The position numbers and the translations under genes were made by a program. The notes beneath the pieces were generated by a model. That model ran no database searches. It was not told the DNA's origin and saw nothing but the letters and a program-made list of their open reading frames with translations. 41,592 bases of DNA, from sequence record PV112476.1; one strand, given 5' to 3'. Each line of letters starts with the position of its first letter. The first letter of the stretch is position 1. Of the stretch, positions 1 through 8,348 are shown piece by piece. This DNA is from Pseudomonas phage LPPA15.

Positions 1-127
1 TTATCCGAAACCAACTAGCCCACAACAACGGGCGCGAATTTACAGGAAGCGCAAAAATGCAAATGTCCAATTTAAAACCGGCGTCGGAACTGGCGCAACG
101 CTTCGGCGTTAAAGCGTTGGTTTATGG
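1..127. repeat. Terminal direct repeat: nt 1-127 are identical to nt 41466-41592, consistent with a circular or terminally redundant genome.
   Basis: Direct comparison of the first and last 127 nt of the window; the length equals a common assembler k-mer size. Confidence 0.9.
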
Positions 128-737
128 CGGGCCGGGCATGGGCAAAACGCCTATCATCAAAACCGCCCCGCGCCCGGTCTTGTGCGTCGTAGAACCCGGC
201 ATGTTGTCCATGCGCGACGCGACGAATATTCCCGCATGGGATGCTTACACGCCGGAAAGAATCGACGAATTCTTTAAATGGCTTTTTACGTCGAACGAAT
301 CAAAGAATTTTGATACGGTCGGCATTGATTCCATTTCGCAACTTGCCGAAATCATTTTGACGCAAGAATTAGGCCGTAACAAAGACGGTCGAAAAGCTTA
401 TGGCGAAATGTCGCGCCGTGTTATGGAAATCGTTAATGCCCTGTACTATTTGCCGAACAAGCATATTTATTTGATTGGCAAACAGGCCGTAGCAGACGAA
501 AACGGCGTATCGACGAAGCGCCCGTATTTTCCGGGCCAAGATTTGAACGTTAAGGTTCCGCATCTTTACGACGAAATTTTGCACCTTGGCGAAGTCAATA
601 TTCCCGGCCAGCCGAAACCCGTTGTCGGCTTTCGCTGTTTGCCGACGTTCGGAATTATGGCGCGCGACCGTAGCGGGCGGCTTAACGAAATCGAACCGCC
701 GAACCTTGACGCAATCTTTAAAAAATGTATGTCGTAA
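57..737 (+). CDS. Sak4-like AAA ATPase (AAA_24 / RecA-fold recombination ATPase)
   Basis: N-terminal Walker A VYGGPGMGKT and a Walker B-like hhhD stretch (FDTVGIDSIS), about 225 aa, at the head of the recombination module. The start (ATG 57 or 63) overlaps the end of the upstream HTH gene that wraps the junction. Confidence 0.6.
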   Translation: MQMSNLKPASELAQRFGVKALVYGGPGMGKTPIIKTAPRPVLCVVEPGMLSMRDATNIPAWDAYTPERIDEFFKWLFTSNESKNFDTVGIDSISQLAEIILTQELGRNKDGRKAYGEMSRRVMEIVNALYYLPNKHIYLIGKQAVADENGVSTKRPYFPGQDLNVKVPHLYDEILHLGEVNIPGQPKPVVGFRCLPTFGIMARDRSGRLNEIEPPNLDAIFKKCMS

Positions 738-740
738 CGC

Positions 741-768
741 TTGCAAAGTTTTAGAAAAGCGTTATTAT
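741..768 (+). promoter_or_regulatory. Sigma70-like promoter TTGCAA-N16-TATTAT between the Sak4 and SSB-like genes.
   Basis: Hexamers read directly; the downstream gene has an AAAAGG RBS at about 814-819. Confidence 0.4.
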
Positions 769-828
769 AGCGAATAGGCGAATTCGACGGCCTTAAACTG
801 TCGGAACTTTTCGAAAAGGTGAATTCAA

Positions 829-1578
829 ATGGCACAACTTATCCAAGCGTTCAACGCGCAACAGTACGACCCGACCCAAGGCGGCGGAAGCCTTCCCGTT
901 GGCCGTCATCCGGTCATCATCGAATCTTCGGAAGTCAAGGCGAACAAAGCGAACGACGGCGGTTATCTTCAACTTAACTTGAAGCTTATCGACGGCCCGC
1001 AAATGGGCACGACCGGCGCTTATCGCTTGAACCTGTACCATTCCAACCCGCAAACGGCAGAAATTGCGCATCGCCAGCTTTCCGCGATTTGCCACGTTAT
1101 CGGCGTTTTCAACGTGCAAGATTCGCAGCAATTGCACAACATCCCGTTTATCGTCGAAGTTGGTTTGCAAAAAGGCGAAGAAGCGGCGCAAAAGGGTTAC
1201 ACCGAAGTTAAAAAGGTGTTCGACATTAACGGCAACGAACCCGGCAAAGCGGGCCAAGGCGCGGCCCCTGCGCAACCCCAAGGCCAAGGCGGCTTCGGCC
1301 AGCAACAGCCCGCCCAACAGCCGCAGCAACCCCAAGGCGGCGGGGCATGGGGTCAGCAACCCGCGCAACAGCCCGCAGCGCAGCCGCAAGGCAACGGCCC
1401 GGCTTGGGGCGGTCAGCCGCAGCAACCGGCGCAGCAACCGGCCCAACAGCCCGCCGCATGGGGCCAGCCGCAGCAACCCGCAGCCCAACCGCAGCAACCG
1501 GCAGGCAATGCGCCCGCTTGGGGCCAGCAACAGGGCGGCGCAGCCCCGGCAGGCGGCGCACCTTGGGGCCAGCGTTAA
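829..1578 (+). CDS. Phage ssDNA-binding-like protein (tentatively DUF669-type) with a C-terminal Gly/Gln/Pro-rich low-complexity tail
   Basis: Position next to Sak4. The C-terminal ~110 aa are GQQPAQQP...AWG repeats resembling the disordered linker of bacterial SSB, but the acidic DDIPF tip is absent. Confidence 0.45.
   Translation: MAQLIQAFNAQQYDPTQGGGSLPVGRHPVIIESSEVKANKANDGGYLQLNLKLIDGPQMGTTGAYRLNLYHSNPQTAEIAHRQLSAICHVIGVFNVQDSQQLHNIPFIVEVGLQKGEEAAQKGYTEVKKVFDINGNEPGKAGQGAAPAQPQGQGGFGQQQPAQQPQQPQGGGAWGQQPAQQPAAQPQGNGPAWGGQPQQPAQQPAQQPAAWGQPQQPAAQPQQPAGNAPAWGQQQGGAAPAGGAPWGQR
1255..1575 (+). repeat. Imperfect tandem nucleotide repeats (CAGCAACC[C/G]GC units) encoding the Q/P/G-rich tail.
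   Basis: Repeated cagcaacccgc / cagccgcagcaacc units visible in the sequence. Confidence 0.7.
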
Positions 1579-1598
1579 ACGCTAAGTCGTAACTTCGT

Positions 1599-1626
1599 CG
1601 GGGCTTCGGCCCCGGCGTCTTTTAAA
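1599..1626 (+). terminator. Rho-independent terminator: CGGGGC-TTCG-GCCCCG hairpin followed by GCGTCTTTT.
   Basis: Perfect 6-bp GC stem with a UUCG tetraloop and U-run, 20 nt after the stop at 1578. Confidence 0.65.
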
Positions 1627-1642
1627 GGGGCTTAATTATCGT

Positions 1643-2170
1643 ATGTCAAACATTAAAGACGCATTGCCGACGCCTACGCATTGCGATAACTGTTGTTCGG
1701 TCAATATCGAACTGACAACGAACGATAAGATTTACGGGCGAATTTATGGCGATTGGCCCAAAATTTATTATTGCAATGATTGCCGCGCGGCTGTCGGTTG
1801 CCATCCGGGCACCGTAATTCCGTTGGGTCGAATGGCAGACAGGGCGACGCGCCAACTTAGAACAAAGGCGCATGAAGAATTCGACAAACTTTGGCAAAGC
1901 GGTTTAATGTCGCGTTCTAAGGCTTACAATTGGTTAGCCGCCGCGCTTGAAATTGACCCGTCGCAATGTCATATTTCATGGTTAAGCAAAGACCAATTGA
2001 AAGACGTTGCGACGCTTTCCGCTGATTACATTAACCGAAATTACAACGCGCTTTTACGCCGTAAGGAAAAACAAGATGCCAAGCAAAGAAAACAGTTCGA
2101 ACGCGAACAAGCCGAACAGCGAAGAAACGCCGAAGAAATCCGACGCCGGAAAGCAAAGCGTAAGCCTTGA
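1643..2170 (+). CDS. Cys-rich zinc-finger protein with a basic C-terminal tail (phage Zn-ribbon family)
   Basis: CDNCC...CNDC motifs and a C-terminal R/K/E-rich tail. Confidence 0.45.
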   Translation: MSNIKDALPTPTHCDNCCSVNIELTTNDKIYGRIYGDWPKIYYCNDCRAAVGCHPGTVIPLGRMADRATRQLRTKAHEEFDKLWQSGLMSRSKAYNWLAAALEIDPSQCHISWLSKDQLKDVATLSADYINRNYNALLRRKEKQDAKQRKQFEREQAEQRRNAEEIRRRKAKRKP

Positions 2171-3164
2171 CGCGCCGGGCGTTGCAAAGGCGCTTGCGAA
2201 ACGCATTCTTGAAGAAATCGACGAATATTGCGTTCGCGCTTACGACGGCGGGCACCGTTCGCACCTTGGCGCGTCGCTAATTGGTCGCGAATGCAAGCGT
2301 TATTTGTGGTACGTTTTCCGCTGGTGTTTGCACGAAAAGACGACCGGGCGGCAACAACGCTTGTTTAATCGTGGGCACCGCGAAGAAGCGCGTTTTGTCG
2401 AATGGCTGGAAGGCATCGGCTTTAAAATTTGGTTCGAAAACTACGAAGGCTTCGCATATCATGCCGAAAGCGATTCGTATTGCATTCTTGGCCCAAACGA
2501 AGAAGGCGACGGGCTGGCCGAACGCATCTTGCCGGAAAACCCGGCTTTTCGTGCCCACATTGCCCGCGCCAAAGCCGACGGGCTGGAATTCCCGCAATAT
2601 CGTATTTCCGACGTTATGGGGCACTTCGGCGGGTCGCTTGACGGCATCGCAGTTTTGCCGGAACGCTACGGTATCGAAGAACCCGTTTTGTTGGAATTCA
2701 AAACCAACGGAACCGGCCAAGGTTTTAACAAACTTGCCGAAGACGGAATGCCAATTGCAAAGCCCGAACACTTCGCGCAAACTTCGACGTATGGCAAAAA
2801 ATACAATTTCAAATATTGCGTTTATTTGAACATCAACAAAAACGACGATTCGTTGCATGTTGAAGTCGTGAAGCTGAATCATAATCTTGGCGAACAAATG
2901 ATTATGAAGGCCGAACAAATCATTACAACGCAAAAGCCGCCCGCGCGTTTGTCGGACAATCCGACGTTTCATAAGTGCGGATATTGCGCAATGAAAGACA
3001 TTTGCCACAAAGGCGCAGTTCCCGAAGTGAATTGCCGAAGCTGCGCATTCGCCCGGCCTGTTGAAAATGCCGAATGGTTTTGCGAAGTTCATAACGGCAA
3101 TATTCCGAAAGACTTTATCCCGAAGGCTTGCCCTTCGTATAAGGCAATAACGCAAAATGTCTAG
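2076..3164 (+). CDS. Cas4/RecB-like PD-(D/E)XK exonuclease with a C-terminal Cys cluster (putative Fe-S)
   Basis: D...LLEFKT motif (GSLDGIAV...LLEFKTNG), four-plus C-terminal cysteines (CGYC...C...C..C). ATG at 2076 has a TAAGGAAA RBS and overlaps the upstream gene by 95 nt. Confidence 0.6.
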   Translation: MPSKENSSNANKPNSEETPKKSDAGKQSVSLDAPGVAKALAKRILEEIDEYCVRAYDGGHRSHLGASLIGRECKRYLWYVFRWCLHEKTTGRQQRLFNRGHREEARFVEWLEGIGFKIWFENYEGFAYHAESDSYCILGPNEEGDGLAERILPENPAFRAHIARAKADGLEFPQYRISDVMGHFGGSLDGIAVLPERYGIEEPVLLEFKTNGTGQGFNKLAEDGMPIAKPEHFAQTSTYGKKYNFKYCVYLNINKNDDSLHVEVVKLNHNLGEQMIMKAEQIITTQKPPARLSDNPTFHKCGYCAMKDICHKGAVPEVNCRSCAFARPVENAEWFCEVHNGNIPKDFIPKACPSYKAITQNV

Positions 3165-4812
3165 TATTTACGCGAATCGTTGGTATCAAGACGAAGCGGA
3201 ATTTTCGATATTCGACTATTTCCAACGCGGCGGGGTCGGAAACCCCGTCGTCGCCATGCCGACAGGAACCGGAAAGTCTGTCGTAATTGCGAATTTCATT
3301 CGTCGCATTTTCGGATATTGGCCGAATCAGCGCGTTATGATGCTAACGCACGTTAAAAAGCTTATTTCGCAAAATGCCGAAAAGCTTTTGTCGGTTTGGC
3401 CTGTCGCACCAATGGGCATTTATTCCGCTGGCCTGAATAGCCGCGAAATGATTATGCCAATCGTATTCGGCGGCGTGCAATCTGTCGCGCCTGCCATTAA
3501 AAAATCGCTTGAAGCGAACGACGGCAAGCCGCCGCATTTAAAGCATTTCGGCTGGCGCGATTTATTGATTATCGACGAAGCGCATTTGTTAAGCCCTTCG
3601 GAAGATACGCAATATCAATATATTATCGCCGAACTTCGCAAGATTAACCCGTATTTAAAAGTTATCGGTTTTACCGCAACGCCATATCGTCTTAAACAAG
3701 GCATGATTACCGAAGACGACGGCATTTTTACCGATATTTGTTACGACATAACAGGAATCGAAGCGTTTAACCGACTTATCGCCGAAGGCTATTTGGCCCC
3801 GCTGATTTCACGCCCGACAACAACGAAAATTGATACGTCGAACCTTAATCTTTCGAACGGCGATTTTAACGGCAAGCAAGCCGAAGACGAAGCCGAAAAA
3901 GTTATTTACGAAGGATTGAAGGAAACTTGCGAACTTGGTTACGACCGTCGCCATTGGCTTATTTTTGCCGCTGGCGTCAAGAATGCCGAACATATCGCAT
4001 CTATGCTTAATTCGTTCGGAATAAGCGCCGTCGCCAGTCATTCGAAGTTAAGCGAAAAGGAAAACGACGCGCGCATGGCGGCTTTCGAAGCTGGCGAATT
4101 CCGGGCACTTGTGGGCATGAACAAATATACGACGGGCTACGATTTCCCGGCGATTGACCTTATCGCCGACTTTCAGCCTACTATGTCGCCCGGCAAACAC
4201 GTTCAAAAAGGCGGGCGCGGAACGCGACCTTCGCCGGATACTGGCAAAGAAAATTGCTTGTTTCTTGACTTCGCCGGAAACGTTCGACGGCTTGGGCCGA
4301 TTAACGACCCGGTTAAGCCGCGCAAACCCGGCAAAGGTGCGCCGGGCGACGCGCCGGTTCGTATTTGCGAAGTCTGCGGCGTTTATAACCATGCTTCGGC
4401 CCGTCATTGCATGGCGTGCGGCAATGAATTTACTTTTGAAACGAAGTTGTTTGCAAATTCCTTCGGCGGCGAAATTCTGCGGTCGGATGCGCCAATAGTT
4501 GAATACTTCAACGTTCAAAAGGTTATTTACGGCTTGCACGAAAAGAAAAACGAACACGGCGTTTTAACTTCGCCGCCTTCTATTAAAGTTTCGTATTTCT
4601 GCGGCTTTCAAATGTTCAATGAATGGCTTTGCCTAGAACATCCGGGGCTTGCAGGCAAACGGGCGCGCGATTGGTGGCGGCAACGTCATTCGGAAGAACC
4701 GCCGCCGACTACTTACGAAGCATTGCGCCGCGTTTCAGAATTGCGCGTTCCGTCGCGTATTCGTGTTCATACGAACAAGAAATATCCCGAAATTCTTTCC
4801 GCTGAATGGTGA
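3157..4812 (+). CDS. Superfamily-2 DEAD/DEAH-box DNA helicase with a C-terminal zinc ribbon
   Basis: Walker A AMPTGTGKS, Walker B LIIDEAHLL, C-terminal CEVCG...CMACG. Overlaps the nuclease stop (ATGTCTAG). Confidence 0.7.
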   Translation: MSSIYANRWYQDEAEFSIFDYFQRGGVGNPVVAMPTGTGKSVVIANFIRRIFGYWPNQRVMMLTHVKKLISQNAEKLLSVWPVAPMGIYSAGLNSREMIMPIVFGGVQSVAPAIKKSLEANDGKPPHLKHFGWRDLLIIDEAHLLSPSEDTQYQYIIAELRKINPYLKVIGFTATPYRLKQGMITEDDGIFTDICYDITGIEAFNRLIAEGYLAPLISRPTTTKIDTSNLNLSNGDFNGKQAEDEAEKVIYEGLKETCELGYDRRHWLIFAAGVKNAEHIASMLNSFGISAVASHSKLSEKENDARMAAFEAGEFRALVGMNKYTTGYDFPAIDLIADFQPTMSPGKHVQKGGRGTRPSPDTGKENCLFLDFAGNVRRLGPINDPVKPRKPGKGAPGDAPVRICEVCGVYNHASARHCMACGNEFTFETKLFANSFGGEILRSDAPIVEYFNVQKVIYGLHEKKNEHGVLTSPPSIKVSYFCGFQMFNEWLCLEHPGLAGKRARDWWRQRHSEEPPPTTYEALRRVSELRVPSRIRVHTNKKYPEILSAEW

Positions 4813-4816
4813 AACT

Positions 4817-5137
4817 ATGAAAAAGAAAATTGTTGTCGAATGCGACGAATCCGCCGCGTTTTGGGTCGAAGATTCAATTAAACGCCTTGGATGCGTTACG
4901 CGCGTTGAAGACGTTTGCCCCGATTCGAACGTAGAAAAGAACCGCGAAATGTTGTTGCAACGTTCCATCGTCGGGCTTGCGAAATACGGCGTAACGACCG
5001 ATAATAACCCGCTTACGTTGCGGGCTTGGCTGCAACATGCGCTAGAAGAAGCCTTGGATATGGCGAACTATCTTCAAGCGGCGATTTCCAAACTTGACGA
5101 AGAAGGGGCAAACCATGACAACGCAAATCGACAATAA
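4817..5137 (+). CDS. Small hypothetical protein, possibly an all-alpha NTP-pyrophosphohydrolase-like domain
   Basis: 106 aa with ATG immediately after the helicase stop. LQHALEEALDMANYL is weakly MazG-like. Overlaps the next gene by 23 nt. Confidence 0.3.
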   Translation: MKKKIVVECDESAAFWVEDSIKRLGCVTRVEDVCPDSNVEKNREMLLQRSIVGLAKYGVTTDNNPLTLRAWLQHALEEALDMANYLQAAISKLDEEGANHDNANRQ

Positions 5138-6266
5138 CGTTCCGATTCCTGCCGACGAAGCGCCAGCCATCGAAGAAAAGGCCGAAGCCAAACCGGAAGC
5201 GCCGAAAAAGAAACATCGCGCCAGACGTGCAAAAACGACCGCCGTTAATCCTGCGGCGTCATTGCTTGCGGCGTTGAAGTTTGTTGCCGTAGCACAAAAG
5301 AAGGCCGGAACAGTTCAACAGCAATTCGGCGTAATTTCTGGCAATTGGGCCGCAGCATCGAACGGCGTTCTTACTGTTGCAACAAAAGTCGAAGAAGATT
5401 TGTCGGCCTGCCCACATACCTACCAACTTATCGACGCGCTTTCCAAGGTCGGCGAAGAACTGGCAATTACGCAACTTTCGCCGACTTCGCTTGCGGTCGT
5501 TTCTGGCGCATTTCGGGCCTTGATTCCGTGCGTCGGTTTTGGCGACGTTGGTATTACCGGCCCCGACGAACGTTGCGCCGTAATTGACGACCGGATTAAA
5601 GCCGCATTCGAAGCGGTTTTGCCGCTTGCGACAGACGGGGCGCAACATGCACACCTTGCCGCCGTGCTGTTGCAGTCTGGAAGCGCCGTCGCGACGAACG
5701 GGCACGTCTTGGCCGAATACTGGCACGGCATAGACCTTCCGCCGATGCTGATTCCCAAGGCTTCGGCGGTTGCCATTTTGAAGGCTGGCAAGGCGCTTAC
5801 CGGGTTTGGCTATTCCGGGCCGTCGGCGACGTTTTGGTTCGAAGATGATTCGTTTATTAAAACGCAACTTTTCGCCGAACAATTCCCGAACTATCAACCG
5901 CTTTTCAACTGCGAAGGTTTGAACCCTTGGCCTGTTCCCGATGAATTTTACAAGGCCGTTCGTTCGATTGAATCTTTCAGCCGAAGCGGCGTTGTGTATT
6001 TTGAAAACGGCATGTTGGCTTCGAACGAACAAGAAACGGAAGCTTCGACTTATAAAATCGAAGGTTTGCCGGAAGGCATGGGATTTAATGCGAAGTACCT
6101 TCTTATGGTCGAATCTTCGTTTAAGAACGTACATTTCGACGAACAATCGAATAAAGCGTTCTTCTTTGGCGAAAACGTGCGGGGCGTTCTTATGGGTATT
6201 GACCGAAACAGCGCAACGCCGTATAATCCCGAAGCAAACGAATTTGAAGACGACATTCCATTTTAA
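5115..6266 (+). CDS. DnaN-like beta sliding clamp with an N-terminal extension and an appended SSB-type C-terminal tip (...EFEDDIPF)
   Basis: Segments recalled as similar to E. coli DnaN: ATNGHVLA vs ATDGHRLA, FPNYQPLF vs FPDYRRVLP, GFNAKYLLMV vs GFNVSYVLDV. About 320-aa core. ATG 5115 has a GAAGGGG RBS. Confidence 0.55.
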   Translation: MTTQIDNNVPIPADEAPAIEEKAEAKPEAPKKKHRARRAKTTAVNPAASLLAALKFVAVAQKKAGTVQQQFGVISGNWAAASNGVLTVATKVEEDLSACPHTYQLIDALSKVGEELAITQLSPTSLAVVSGAFRALIPCVGFGDVGITGPDERCAVIDDRIKAAFEAVLPLATDGAQHAHLAAVLLQSGSAVATNGHVLAEYWHGIDLPPMLIPKASAVAILKAGKALTGFGYSGPSATFWFEDDSFIKTQLFAEQFPNYQPLFNCEGLNPWPVPDEFYKAVRSIESFSRSGVVYFENGMLASNEQETEASTYKIEGLPEGMGFNAKYLLMVESSFKNVHFDEQSNKAFFFGENVRGVLMGIDRNSATPYNPEANEFEDDIPF

Positions 6267-6278
6267 GAAGGTTCGAAT

Positions 6279-8348
6279 ATGTTAGACGCTAACGGCTTTA
6301 TCGTAACAAAAGCAAGCCGCAAAATTGACAAAATCGCGTCGGCGGTTCGTATGTTGCTTCGGCCTGTTGAATTTATGACAGACGAAGAACTAATGTCGAT
6401 TCCAGCCGGAAGCGTCTTCGTTTTCGACGTTGAATGTTACCGAAACTTTTTTTACGTCGCTTTTAAGTGCCTGTCGAATGGAAAGTTCGTCGCTTTCGAA
6501 AGGTCGCCCGACTTTGATTTTCCCGAATTGAAATTGCGTTGGATGCTTTGGCGCTTTTGTCTTGTGGGCTTCAATTCAGCAAGTTACGATATTCCAATGG
6601 TCGAACTTGCCGCGAAGGGTCTTAGCTGCAACGAACTTAAAGAAGCTTCGGATTTCATCATTAAAAGCGGCATAAACTACGGAACGAAAAAGGTTACGCC
6701 GTTTGATATTGAAAAGAAATATAACGTTCAAATCGGCAAATACAACCATATCGACTTATTCAACGTATGCCCGGTAAATGGCGGCGTATCTGCTAACCCG
6801 GCGTCGCTTAAACTGTATTCCGGTCGCTTGCACGCCGAACGAATGCAAGATTTGCCGTTTCCAGAATCGCACATTTTGACGGCGGAAGATGCCGCAGTAG
6901 TTCGCCCTTATTGCTGCAACGACTTAGCGAATACGGAACTTCTTTTTAACGAACTTGCGCCCGAACTTAAATTGCGCATGGAAATGTCGGAAGAATACGG
7001 CATAGACCTTCGCAGCCGGTCGGATGCTCAAATTGCCGAAGCTGTTATTAACAGCGAATTGCAAAAAGTATTAGGATACTATCCGCGCAAGCCCACATTA
7101 GCCGCCGATTTGGTCTTGCAGTACAACGCCCCGGATTTCATTTCGTACCGTTCGCAGCAATTGCGCGATATGTTCGAAGTCGTCAAGAATGCGCGTTTCT
7201 ATCTTGACGGCTTAGGGTCGCCGATTATGCCGGATGAAATCGACAAGCTTAAAGTAAAAATCGGTAACAGCGTTTATAAACTTGGCATGGGCGGGCTTCA
7301 TTCAACAGAAAAGAAGACTGCCCATAAAGCAACCGACGAAATCATTTTGGCAGATAACGACGTAGAATCGTTTTATCCGCGAATCATCCTTAACCAAAAG
7401 CTTTTCCCGCCGCACCTTGGCGAAGCTTTCTTGCAGGTCTATAACCAAATCGTCGAAACCCGTATTCATGCCAAAGCGCAAGCCGCAGCATGTAAGAAAG
7501 CGGGCGACAAGGCCGGGGCGAAGAAATGGAAGACTATTGCCGATAGTTTGAAGATTACGATTAACGGAAGCTTTGGCAAACTTGGCAACAAATATTCAAC
7601 GCTTTACGCGCCGCAACTTATGTTGCAAGTTACCATTACCGGGCAACTTGTTTTGCTTATGCTTATCGAAATGCTAGAAGACGCCGGTATTTCGGTTATT
7701 TCTGGCAATACCGACGGCATTGTTTCGAAATATCACAAAGACAGACATAACGACGTTCGGGCCATTATTGCCGAATGGGAAAAGCGAACCAACTTCAAGA
7801 CCGAAGAAACGCGGTATTCTGCCGTTTATAGTCGCGACGTTAATTCCTATGTCGCAATCAAGACAGACGGCGGCGACGAAGAAGCGCGCTTTCTTGATGA
7901 ACGCTTGGGCGTCAAAACCAAAGGCGCGTATTGCGAACGCGGTTCGGCCCTTAATTCGATTCTTTCGAAGAACCCGGAAGCTTTGGTATGTTCCGACGCT
8001 GTTATTTCATTCTTGAAGAACGGAACGCCTGTCGAAAAAACGATTCGTGAATGCAAAGATATTCGCCGCTTCGTATCAGTTAAGAACGTCAAAGGCGGCG
8101 GCGAAAAGAACGGCGTTTATCTTGGCAAGGTCGTTCGCTGGTATTACCCGAAAGGCGAAACCGGCCATATTTCATACGTCGGAAGCGGAAACAAAGTCGG
8201 GAAGACAGACGGCGCACGCCCTTTAATGGATTTGCCGACCGAATTTCCCGACGATGTTAATTACGAATGGTACATTAACGAAGCCGTCGATATGCTTTAC
8301 GATTGCGGCGGGCTTCGTAAAGCCGAAACGGCTTCGCTTTTCTTTTAG
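6279..8348 (+). CDS. Family-B DNA polymerase with a 3'-5' exonuclease domain (compact, 689 aa)
   Basis: Exo I FDVEC, Exo III YCCND, Pol A DVESFYPRII (DxxSLYPS), Pol B KITINGSFGK, Pol C SGNTDGI. Ends ...ETASLFF, resembling a clamp-binding motif. Confidence 0.75.
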   Translation: MLDANGFIVTKASRKIDKIASAVRMLLRPVEFMTDEELMSIPAGSVFVFDVECYRNFFYVAFKCLSNGKFVAFERSPDFDFPELKLRWMLWRFCLVGFNSASYDIPMVELAAKGLSCNELKEASDFIIKSGINYGTKKVTPFDIEKKYNVQIGKYNHIDLFNVCPVNGGVSANPASLKLYSGRLHAERMQDLPFPESHILTAEDAAVVRPYCCNDLANTELLFNELAPELKLRMEMSEEYGIDLRSRSDAQIAEAVINSELQKVLGYYPRKPTLAADLVLQYNAPDFISYRSQQLRDMFEVVKNARFYLDGLGSPIMPDEIDKLKVKIGNSVYKLGMGGLHSTEKKTAHKATDEIILADNDVESFYPRIILNQKLFPPHLGEAFLQVYNQIVETRIHAKAQAAACKKAGDKAGAKKWKTIADSLKITINGSFGKLGNKYSTLYAPQLMLQVTITGQLVLLMLIEMLEDAGISVISGNTDGIVSKYHKDRHNDVRAIIAEWEKRTNFKTEETRYSAVYSRDVNSYVAIKTDGGDEEARFLDERLGVKTKGAYCERGSALNSILSKNPEALVCSDAVISFLKNGTPVEKTIRECKDIRRFVSVKNVKGGGEKNGVYLGKVVRWYYPKGETGHISYVGSGNKVGKTDGARPLMDLPTEFPDDVNYEWYINEAVDMLYDCGGLRKAETASLFF

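Noticed and set aside
8345-8348. Convergent overlap of the polymerase stop (TAG 8346-8348) and the tail gene stop (8345-8347), with no terminator between them
   Set aside because: Noted as an unusual arrangement, since the late and replication operons collide with no hairpin. There is simply no room for a structure, and it may be resolved by rho or by convergent-transcription collision. Nothing further can be supported from sequence.
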